Position numbers and translations under genes: made by a program. From Fimbriosthenelais zetlandica (lineage: Eukaryota), in the NCBI GenBank assembly GCA_977030845.1, contig OZ365111.1, forward strand, positions 15,252,001 through 15,316,000: a stretch of 64,000 bases of DNA. The letters are read 5' to 3'. Shown here piece after piece: positions 25,096 to 37,000 of this stretch. Numbering within the stretch: the stretch's first letter is position 1; every line of letters begins with the position of its first letter. The notes under the pieces are model-generated. The model saw only the letters and a program-made list of their open reading frames with translations. It had not been told where the DNA came from and searched no databases.

Positions 25096-28000
25096 ATGAA
25101 AAAGGCGGCGCCCGCGAAGAAGGGGAAAAAGAAGGCGGCTTCAGTTCTGGAAGAAGTCGCCGCCCCATCTCTCCCAGTCCTAGCAAAGTCATCTGGGTCT
25201 GCCAGCGAGGGTGTCAAGTCCAGGAAGTAATATACATATTAAATATATATATGCAAATAAAATAAATATATATATTTAAGTCACATATGAAAGTAGATTA
25301 AGAACCCTAACCTGGTTCTTTCAAGTTCCATGGTTTGGGGAAATCCTGGGAAAAATGTCCATAGTAGAGAGGAGAAAATGGAAAGTTATGTTGAGCACTG
25401 TATTTATATCTTTTTTTCACATGAAGGCTGAAGGCTCTACCCGATATATCCCCAGGGTCCACACCGAAATTGAAGGCGCCAGCCCCGCCACCACCACCTC
25501 CATATGCACCATCGGTTTCGGAAGCTAAGACGGAAAGGATAGATTTATCATCGTTTAAACAAAACAAGCGTGTGGCTTCATTCACGCTTCCTGTATGTTT
25601 CAATTCCGTTACCTATAAAATTATTTATTTCAGGGGCGGATCTAGGATTTTGCAACTGGGAGAGGGGGTCGATCTATATAAATCTAAGCCCACACATCAT
25701 AAAACTTTTAATTAAGCAATCTTTTCCTGCACTCTAGTAGGATCTTAACCACAGGGGTAAGTCTGTAAAGGTCTGTAAAATTTACAGACAGTGGTTCGGT
25801 CTAATCCCCCTGAGAATATGATAAATGTGTCCTCAAGGCCAGCTGGTATGATTGGGGCTGGGGGGCGTAACTTTGGGGGCATAAGCTCCCACCTGATCCG
25901 CCACTGTATTTTTATAGCCTATATTTAATCTTGCAATTTGTATCTTTTAAGAGAACCACAGATATTTTGTGGATAGATTCTACTATTACGACTTTGTTGA
26001 ATACTATAAACCAAGTTTCACTTGGGTTGTTCCAAACAATATTTTTGTAACTCCTTCAACTATAGTAATTGCCTTATCCTGTGTTTTTTAAAGGATGAAT
26101 CCGGAACGGGTACAAATCTGGTCAGTTCTTTATCTCAATTTGAGCTCCTGGTAAAGATGATAGCATAATTATATAATATAAACAATAATGTTCGGTTACA
26201 GTATTAAGTTTAAAATTAATTTTAAAGGTTAGAAAGTTAAAATATCCCTTTAATAATAATTAACCTTCACGGAAAATGTTCTTGTAACAAACGGTTTAAT
26301 TTGCTTCTTTTCAGAACTTTGATTTTGTCACAGAAGAGGTATGTACATTACCATACTCAACTATAATTTTAAATGTATATAGCTGGCTGTTGGTTTTTGG
26401 AATTCGGTGTACAACAATAAGGACATTTATTTTTGGATTCAATTTAATTTGATGTACACGTCCTCTTTCCAGGCGCAGAAGGAATCAGGCGGGGCACTAA
26501 GTAGGTTCTCCAGACAACTTATTCATACACTTACGTCTATATGACCGTTATTTGCAAGACAAATATAAAGGAATTACCTGTCATGAAATAATATTAGGAA
26601 TTAGAAGGCAATTTATCTTTTAAAATTAAATGAAATTAAAATTTCATTGATTGACTGACCATGGTATAAAATGCTCTAATCTAACAGATGAATGGCTTAC
26701 AAATGAGGAGTTAGTTAAAGGAAAGAAGGCCCTGCGCCAGATGAACACTGGAAAAGCTTCAATAACACGTGAGGAATTCATTTCATGAATATTTTGATTA
26801 CTTTTACTTTTTCATGCAATAATGCATCCATGGCTTCTACATGTATGTATTCTATTATCCATCCCTATACTCCAACACTTTCATTCTTGGATTCATCCAT
26901 TCTTGGATTCATTCATTCATTCATTCATTAATTGGAATAATTATTATCAGTTAATTCGTGCTTTCATTCAGTATATTTTTTTCTCATTAAATTTAAGTAC
27001 CTTTTTGTTCTCAGTTGATCGGGCAGCTTTGTTTGACAAGCATGAAATTTCTACACATTTTCCGTTGGAAAAACTCAAGGTACCGTATACTTCTACATTC
27101 ATTTAAACCACTGCCACTTCCTGATAGCCGTTAGCTTTTACCCTATCATAGATATTTATCATTACATCGTATTTAGAATTTTTTAAGAATTAAAAATGTA
27201 TAATTATTAATAAGAAAAAATACATTTCAGGATATCTTCCTCCACCGCAGTGGGAATGTGACGAAAATCCTGTTGGTAGGAGTGGAGCAGTTGACAGACC
27301 TGTTTTTCATCTACATCGATCAGTTATTTGGGAATGATATCATGAGGAACTACGTCGCCGAGATCATTCTCACGGGCTGCTCTCACATCACTGACCACAG
27401 TCTAGAAATAATTGTTAAACTCTTCCCTAACTTATCCAAGGTAGGCCTATGTTAATTTTACCATCAATCTTGTTTTTTCTTATTCTATCCATCATGTTTA
27501 TTCCTTTTTTAATTTGCTACCTTGGGCATGCAGTAGGGTGTAGGTCTCGGGTTCAATTCCCAGGCCATTCTCCTTATTTGCCAGACAGCGTTTCCTACTT
27601 GTTCAGTTGGAATAGAAAATCTGAGAAAATATTCTTTATTTTTGTGTTACAGATCAATATTGTTGGATGTAAGAATATCACAAACCGTGGCCTAAACCTG
27701 GTACAGGATAAATTGATTAAGATTGCTAACATCAATGTCACAGCGACATCGGTCAGCATTATTCAGCCGCTTGATCACAGCCGGACTAGCGTGGTCATAA
27801 AACTGGCAGGATGTCCTATCATCTCCCCAGCCTTCCTCTCTGACGTGGTTTATAACAATGATACAGCCTCCAAAAACCAATACTTCATAGGTAATAGTGT
27901 ATTCTACCTATTCTGTTCTTTGGTATTAGATGGATAGATTAATGAAAGGTGGGTGGATTAATTGTTCAGCAATTGGATGGATACATCCAAGAGTGGATAG

Positions 28001-31000
28001 ATAGATGATTAGATGGATGGAAAGGTAGATGAGGGAATAAATGGATAGATCAAAGTGTTGATAGATGGATGAGTGAATGGATGAATTTATTAGAGTCTTG
28101 ATAGATGGATGAATTGATCAAAGTATTGATAGATAGATGAATAGATCAAAGTGTTGATAGATGAATGAATAGATCAAAGTATGGATAGATGGGATGGATA
28201 AGTGAATGGATGAATAGATGGATGAGTGAATGGATAGATGGATGAAAGACTGGTTTGTTTTTAAGTGAATGGATGGATACATTACAGTGGATAAGTGGAC
28301 GACTAAATGGATTGATAGGTGGGATGAATAGTGAATGGATTGGTAGGCCTATATTATAGGTTATAAACGTCGATGAGTGAATTGCAATATTCCCTTCTTC
28401 ACTGGGAGACGACTAACTCCTCTCTATATATTCTATTCAGATTTGCTGAATGGACCACAAGTGTTTACATACCGAGCTATGGTGGTAACTAATCCAGACC
28501 TCAACACTAGTCTTATTGACCTGCTAGGAGGGAGTAGTGATAAAAGTAGCGAAAATCTGGCTCCTTTTGCTGTTGGCACTTTCAATGGCAGCGATGGGGC
28601 TGATTACAATCTTATAGAATGCTTACCGGTAAGTCATCATTAATTATTTTTTTCAAGAAATTGTCATGCATTTCAAAGGACCAAATGGACATTTTTCTGA
28701 TATATCTTTTCTGTTTGGGTTCGTTATTGTCGTTTATCAGAAAATTCCTTTTCTTTAATCAGAAAATGCTACCCACATTGATAACACAGAGGACACTTTA
28801 TTTGCTTCCCGTCCCACAAGAGAAGAACTTTATGCATTGCCTCATCCAGACAATCATTGGCATTCTGTTACTGGTAAGATTGCAATGTTTTTATTTCATG
28901 ATACTCTAATATTTTAAGCAATTGCGCTGACCATTTTCTTGTAATACTGGCTCCATTTTGTTCCAATGATATATTTACCATTACCATGAAGGCCAACTAC
29001 TAAGTAAAAATTCCATGTACTACTAACTAAAAATTTACTATTTTCATATACTACTAAGTAAAAATTCACTATTTCCATATACTACTACGAACTTTCAAAA
29101 AAGACATTTCCATATACTACTCATTATATATAAAAAAAATTTATATTTGCAATATAATTTTTTATGATCAGACGTCCGATTCAGACGAAAAGCATTACAA
29201 ATGGTGTTTTAAAATAATTTATTTGATACTCTTCTAGGATCCTTATGCTGTCTTCTGCTTGGTTGGAGTCTCAGCAGATGAAAGCTCCATGAATAACATA
29301 GAGGGCACTAAGGAGCTCATCCTCTCCACCCTCGCCAATGACACCAGGGGATCCTTACTCTTCAACGTCAAGAAAATCTGCAAAGAATCAACCAAGTACG
29401 ATTCCCTCTATATTTTGTTCCTCTATAATATTTGTTGAAATAATAGTTCAGAATTGGAATTGGAATTCATGAATGAAATTCAATACTTTTTATAAAATCC
29501 TTTCTCAATTTCGAACGTGGCACCAGGGAGGTTCAATTTCCCAAGCATTTTCCAAATTTGCTCTAGGCCTAGTTCTTTACCAATCAGTGCTGCTTTCTGG
29601 GTCTTCAAAGGCACTGTCTATGGTGAGAGGCATGAACCATTGCTGCCATTTGGCCGCATGTTTCTTACTCCCTGGGCTGAACGATGTAGAGTTCTCCTCT
29701 GTTGGTCTTGCAGTCATGTGGCTATGTCTATGAAGTCCTTGGATTTTCACATGCAGCGGGTTTGTTCTGATCTTTGGAGACTGAACTCTGCCCTCAGTGA
29801 TGAACTTAGCGGACGGATCCACGTCTGTAGTGTCATGGCCAATCAAAAAGATGTAAGTAGATCGTCAATTTATTTTGTATAAAGTACACGCCAACAGCGT
29901 GTTTCATTCCCATCTTCAAACATTGCTGTTTGATTGGTTTCGTACCATCAGATTCTGTTATCAACACTTGTTATGAAATTCTTAATTTTTTTCACCATAG
30001 GCTGGCTCAGTGATCGAGAAGTGCATGCAGAGTGCGTTGCCAGCTTTGACAGAGAGGAACAAGTCATACTCAGCACTGCCTAAAGATCTTCTCCTCACAA
30101 TGGACGATGTGCCGAAACAGAGAGGTCTTAAACCTGCAGTGGTCATAGCTGAACCTATACGGAAAAAGAAGAGCACAGTGTATGGGACACAGATCAAGAA
30201 TCATACAGCACTGCTGGACACCATGGAAATACTGGTCAGTACTAAATTCTACAACCAAATGTTCAAATTAAGATCTAATTCCAATCAAATTTCAAACATT
30301 GACCGCATTGGATGTAGGCCTAGTACTCTTAATATAATAATGCCTGGCTTGCAAGGACATTACACTTAGAACACAAAATAGGCCTACCGAAGGGAGTCGC
30401 CCCCTTGCACGACCAAATGTCGTCTATGGTAGCTAGGTGCTACCGTATTTGCCGGTGTATAAGCCGCACCTTTTTACCCTGGAAATCGTGACCTGCGGCT
30501 TATACAACGGTGATAAAAGAATTTATTTTTTCAAAGGGTCGTGTAGTGCAGTTGGAATCAGACGGGACGAAGTACACTGTTTCAGACAAGTATTGGCTGG
30601 CTGAGGTTTTGTCCTGTATCCTCTCTTTCCCCACGTCTAAAGTTGGCGAAAAGATCACTCAGGTCCACCCTGACACAGAGGCTATCTACCTACCTGATCT
30701 TCATGAAAAACTCGAGTCCATATTCCACGCAGAGGACGAGGTATAACCATTCGTCCACTATTCTTTCATTAAATTATTTTGACAAATCAGTGCTTTTCCA
30801 ATCGTTGTTCCAGAATTCTGTTTCGGCCCTTAAATATAATTCAAGATTGAGAGCCGCAGATATATAAATATTTCATTGTTACTTTGATCATAAACATGTT
30901 TCCAATGTCCAATTGTTGTGCAGGAATATATATATAATTATTGTATGTTTTGTTTTAGAAAGGGATTGAGGAAATGAAGAAAGGGTTTGAGGTATTAAGA

Positions 31001-34000
31001 CAGACTTTCCAGCTGGGATGGACTGTTGGTGATTGGATGATACTACTCACTAACCTGGCCCCCCAACCTCCTGTTCCTGTGGTGAGTCAGTTTCAAAATT
31101 GAGAAAAATTCAGAAATGTCAGTGGTTATACTATATGGTCAGTTCTCACGAGTTAGCTTCAATGTGGACGTATACAGTGTCCAACAGTGATTAAAAAAAA
31201 ATCTTTTCATATAAGTGGAATTCTCAGAGATAAAATGTATGATCTTGATGCGTCCATGGTGAGAATTGGGTAGCTTAATCTCAAAAACTGTAAAATCTGG
31301 AGATGGCTGAACACAGGAACCTCTAAATTAGTGTTACCGAGCGAACTGCTCAATATTGCTTCATAATGAACGGCAGAACCTGCATTTAAAATTAATGTAT
31401 CAGTATACTTTCTATTTATTATAGGTCAGAGGGCTAGTGTGAAATATATTAGACGCCAAAAATTATATTCCGGTTTCACCTTTTAAATTACAGGGGGATT
31501 GAAAACTATGGTCAATTCCACAGAACATGTTTTTTCTGACTACACTTACTGTCATTTGGGAAAAAGAAGCCTTCTGTTAGGTACATAAGTTTTATATTTA
31601 TATACAATACAGACCACACGATGTGGTACCATGAAATGTATTTGGTCCCACCATTCTATCACCCATTTCCATTAGGTAAGCTCTCAGAATAGCGTGTCGC
31701 TCGGTCACCACTCTGTCGCTCGGTCACCGTTCTGAGCACCACTCTTGATTAAAGCAAATATTGTTACATATGTTTCTTTAAAAAAAGTTTGTTGATCATT
31801 ATTCTATGATACAGACTTATTTTCTGTAGATTACATGGCAAATTTTCCTCAAACACTTGCATTTTCTGTAGGGGCAGAGCTTCATTCATTTCATTAGGCA
31901 TGAGAATGAGATGAAAAATGACCTATATCAAGTTCAATCATTATGTTTAATTACATTGACTATATCAGGGTTATGTTGTATCAAAAAAAGTTTCTACAAA
32001 ACAAGCTTTTTTGTGGATAATCTTACCAGAGAAAAGGTTGTTCGCTCGGTAACACTATGTGATGCCCAGTAACACTATGGGACAATACCAAGGTTAAACT
32101 CTTCTCGTGCCGAAACAAAAATAAGCCCTTGCACTCATCAGATAATACCGCATGTTAAAAATATTCTGAAGAGATTTCAATGATATAATTGCTACTTAAT
32201 TGCTAAGTAATAGCCAAAAAAGTTTGGGAAAAATGAATAATGAAATTTTCTGTGTGAAATTACTTGATAATGTGCCACAGCTTTACGTTCCTCTGTGGAA
32301 ACCTTTAAAAGCATCAGATAACAGATAAACAGTTTTATCTAAAATTTGTAAATCTTTATTTCTTAATCCGTCCGGGTTTTCAGCCAATTAAGGCTGACAA
32401 CGGCACGTAGTCTTCGTCGTCGTTGCTCTCGGCTGTCTGCTCTTCTCCTCTCACTTAATAGGTGACAACGGCATGTCGTCGTCGTTGCTCTCGGCTGTCT
32501 TCTCTTCTCCTCTCACTTGATATAGGTGACAAAGGCATGCATGTCGTCCTCGTTGCTTTCGGCTGTCTGCTCTTCTCCTCACTTGATATAGGTGACAAAG
32601 GCATGTCGTCCTCGTTGCTCTCGGCTGTCTGCTCTTCTCCTCTCACTTGATATAGGTGACAAAGGCATGTCGTCCTCGTTGCTCTCGGCTGTCTGCTCTT
32701 CTCCTCTCACTTGATATAGGTTGACAACGGCACGTCATCGTTGTCGCTCTCGGCTGTCTGCTCCTAACCTCCTTCTTCTCTCATACTCCCTCCTTCAGCT
32801 TCACTATCATTGAGGAGCCTAAACAGGTTGACAGCCCCAGTTTCCACATCCTCCAGCATTATACCAGTGTCTTTCCACCCAAGGCATCATGTGTCATTTT
32901 AACATGCGTCTTGGAAGCTCTGTATACCTGTAAAATAATTGAAGCCCATTTTTTTAAGTTACCCATACAGTTTACCAGCATACTTGTAAATAAGGCTTGC
33001 CACAACACTAAATTTTAATCAATATGTGTCATTTTATAAGTACAATCCCCAAATCTCATGATACCTTCTTCCATTGAGACATCTATCAGAGTTGGGATGT
33101 TATATTGTTGAGGAAAAAGCCATCTCATGATGATTTATACATTGTGCATCCAACTACATTGACTTTTGGAACAAACTTTTCAATTTGTATATACTTGTAC
33201 TAATGTAATGTATTCTTTCAATTATTTTAGTTACCAAGCGAATTTTGGTGGCGAGCAAACAATTCATTCAAAGTTGGCGATAATTCAGTAAAAAATGAAA
33301 GGAGCCCAATGTTTTCAGTCACCCACCATCTTACTTGTAAATAAGTGTTGCCACAGCACTAAATTTTGAATTAATTTTGTACAGAAAACATGACATTCAG
33401 GGTCTATGTTAACCACACTATGACGATGACAATCATTTTGGACATGAAACATGGAAAAACATGTCAGAATATATTAAATAACTTACAATTTGAAGGTTAG
33501 AGGCAAAGTAGAGGCCTTCTATCCACTGCACATGTGCAATGGTTCCTGTAGAGGCCGTCAGATGTGTCCACTGAGTGCTTTTTCCCACCCTCTGTATATG
33601 CGTGTCGCTTGGTCACTCTTGTTCGCTCGGTCACACTAGCCCTTTTGACTTGTGTAAATTCCATAATTTTTTTCAAACATTCATAGTATCACACTATATT
33701 ATACTTTAAACAAAGATGAGTATATGTAGGAAAAATTATTTGCTAATCTGAATCAATACAAATTATACAAGGTATTCTTTGTGTTCGCTCGGTAACGTAA
33801 AAAACTACCCCATTTCATAAAAAACAACGACTTCCTGTTCCATCCAGAATCACTGACAGATTTGATTAATTTCTTATTATTTTCTGTGTAGGCCATATAT
33901 CAAACTATTAATAGCGCTGGGAATTTGAAATATTCAACATAATCTCCTTTCCATATTAGCAAGCTGAAAAGTCATGTCGCTCGGTAACCCTCTTGCTACC

Positions 34001-37000
34001 CGATGCAATCAAATGGCCTAATATCCGTGAGCAGTGACCCAACTGTTTTGTTTCAGCATAAAATTGCATGCAGACAATTGTCCGTCATATTTATTCCACA
34101 ACAGCCCCTGTAATCAAAGTATTTTTTTAATATGTAAGCATGGAAATCTGTTATTTTTAATATTTTAATCATAATTGGGTCTAAAACTGGGTATTATGGG
34201 CCATAACTTCTTTATTTTCGATCGGAGGGCCATAAAACCATGGTGCCTCAGAAAGGACTCGACGAGATCTACCTGATAGAAAATGGTATAGTATTCTAAA
34301 TCAAGATCCCTTCACTCACTGACCCAAAAACTGCATTGAAGCTAACTCGTGAGAACTGACCATATAGTCTGAACACTTGGACGTCGAAGCGGCACAATAA
34401 AGGGATTGAAAGTCGCTGATGGTAAGGTGTAGAGAATGCCGCTCCGACTTCTAGGTGTTCAGACTTAAGCCTGGATTCCACCTATCAGATTATCTGGTCA
34501 AAATTGATCTGATCAGATTTTTGTAGGCCTTTTTTCCTACAAAAAATCTGATCAGATCAATTTTGACCAGATAATCTGATAGGTGGAATCCAGGCTTTAC
34601 CCAAAGATTTTATTTTGTCTTAACTGATGAATCAATAAATAAACTATAAAGTTAAGAGTCCCTTCTAATTTTGGTACCCATAACTCATGAGGGGAAGGAG
34701 TGAGTCTTTGAGTAAGAAAGCTGTGACTTCGGAAATGTCATGGAAATTAGCTCTAGTCTATAGCCCACAAAAGCCTATATAATTATGGTCTTTTAAGACT
34801 AGGTAATAATCACAAATGACGCATTATTAAAATATCATTGACAGGAGCCTTTCCTTGAGACTGATGGAAGCTGTTCTGCATCCATCACATACAACTTTAA
34901 CGTACCCTGCCCGGATCAAGTCGTCAGCCATGTTCTCTACGAACTCCTCCAACTCACCGAACCCTTCCTCGTGTGGAACAAGGGAGCCCTGCTACGATAC
35001 ACTCCAGTTCAAGTTCTCTTGAAATTCTCATCTCAGAAAACAAGTAGGTGACAACAATCATTGTAAGAAACAGAGATAGATTGTAGTTTTTGTGCCTGCA
35101 TTTCCAATTATAATGTACTGCAAGAAAATAATTATAGAATGTCAGAGCATTCTCTTCTATATTCTTTAAAGTGTGGATCCTGATACCCATAACCCCCCCC
35201 CCCCCCCCCTCCACCCCCACTCACCACCCCCAACTAACTCTCGAACCAACCACCCTAGCCGTCACCCCTGCATGTATTTTTATATTGTTTCGTCATTGCA
35301 CCTTTGAAGGAAGTTCATTGAGCTTGTTGTAAAGTCCAGTTTATGAATGTTTCCGTTATAGAGGGACTTTTACCCACTACAAAGGCAGAACTGAAAGTGA
35401 CCGCACCGTCCATGATGCAAGGTTTGAATCAGGTGGATCAAATGATGTATGATCATATTGTGAGGAACAGGGTCATCATGGAATATGTATTCAAACAGTA
35501 TAACCTCAGCTATACTTACAATGACAGCTTCGACTTCAAGGTAATTTAAACAATAGTGTAGATGACCTGATGGATAGATTGATGTGAGAGTTTGTAATCA
35601 CATTCGTTACGTTAGGTCAAAGACTTATACCCAGTCATTTTGTTATTTCATATTTAATATATGATGTATAATTCTTTCAGATGGACCTTGTAGACTTACC
35701 AGAGAATAGTCTTTTCAATGGCGGCGGTGAGTGTTTTTTTCTTTCTTTTAATTTATTTATTTTTGCAGAGTTTCATTGTAAGCATTCTAAATTTAATGTC
35801 TTCTTTTCTTTTTAGGCGATGGAAGAAACTTCCTCTATGGCCATACATATCGTTCTCAGCCAACATGTGAAACGTGTGACGAGAACATGCCATTGCTGAA
35901 ACGATTATGGGTGCGTTTAAAAATCATTTTTTATTAATTTATTTAATATTCATTTGTTTATATATTTAGTATTCAAACTGTTCATTGCTGATAAGTGAAT
36001 TAGATCTTATTGAATTTCATTAAGTTAATAACCCTGGGGAGTCTCAGGAGTTGGTTTTCAGGCAAAACACCAAAATTGTAAATAAACTACAGATGGAATA
36101 ACTATATGCTATGATATAAGTATTATTGATGCTATATTGGAAGACAAATTTACATTCATTATTTACAATTTTTTCAGGAAATGAGCTCAGACATCTGGCC
36201 CTCGTTTGTTGACAAGAATTTGTGTCATCTGAGCAAGCAGGTGAATCAGCAGGGGGCATGGTTTGATATCCCTCCCTCAGCCTCCAGTAAAGGATCAGTC
36301 ACCTGTTCCTTGCCTCTCTCGCCCTATGTCTTTAACAAGGCTGATATCACCATGCTAAATCAGGGACAGACTACGCTCATCAGTGTTACGTGAGTCTCTC
36401 ATTTATTATTTACACTTGCTGGTGTATAAGCCGCGGCCTGCGGTTAATACAACGAAGCGATTTTTATATGGATTTCTATACAAAGCAGCGGTTTATATAT
36501 GGATTTTAACCTGAGCGGTCAGGGGTGCGGTTTATAGTCCGGTGTGGTTTATACACCGGCAAATACGGTAGTTGCAAGGTACACCCCTATTAAGGTCTGT
36601 TAATATTAATTAGGCCCTTTACACATCAATGAGAAATATGTTAAGATAATTCTGTATTCTCGTATCTTACAGAGCGGCTACTGCAAATGGTGGTGAGGAG
36701 AAATATCAGGTTCGAAAAGGAAAGGAAGGAAAAGGAGGAGACGATGGCTTGACTACGTTTGAGCGTATTCGTGACGGCAAGGCTGAGACTATCTCTATGA
36801 CGCCCGGTGATGTTGATCTAGGACGAACTATTCAAATACAGTTGCAAACAAACCAGGAGGTATAATAATCACTTAGTCACAAATCTCTTTTCCGACCTGG
36901 AATACGTTCACCAGGATGGCAAAATGTTTGTAGAAGTGGAAAGTCGAAATGTCTTACAAATGTCTGCTAAGTGGGTATTCAAAGGCCAGTCAAGTCTCCC

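Larger units (their letters stand above)
28441..35043 (+). other. Degenerate Roc plus COR-like region (first Roco module)
   Basis: Collinear with the second module: PTLITQRTLYLL vs QFFLSNRAIYLL; AVFCLVGVSAD vs PILVIGTHID; GRVVQL...KYWLAEVLSCILS vs GSIQHF...PQWIVNVMSCVVS; LRQTFQLGW vs LTEEFDLTF; FLVWNKGALL vs ILWKKGSIL. Confidence 0.65.

Noticed and set aside
32395-33600. Functional transposase or PHD-like protein in the intronic element
   Set aside because: There are stops and frame slips in all frames and no DDE core; at most a decayed remnant.
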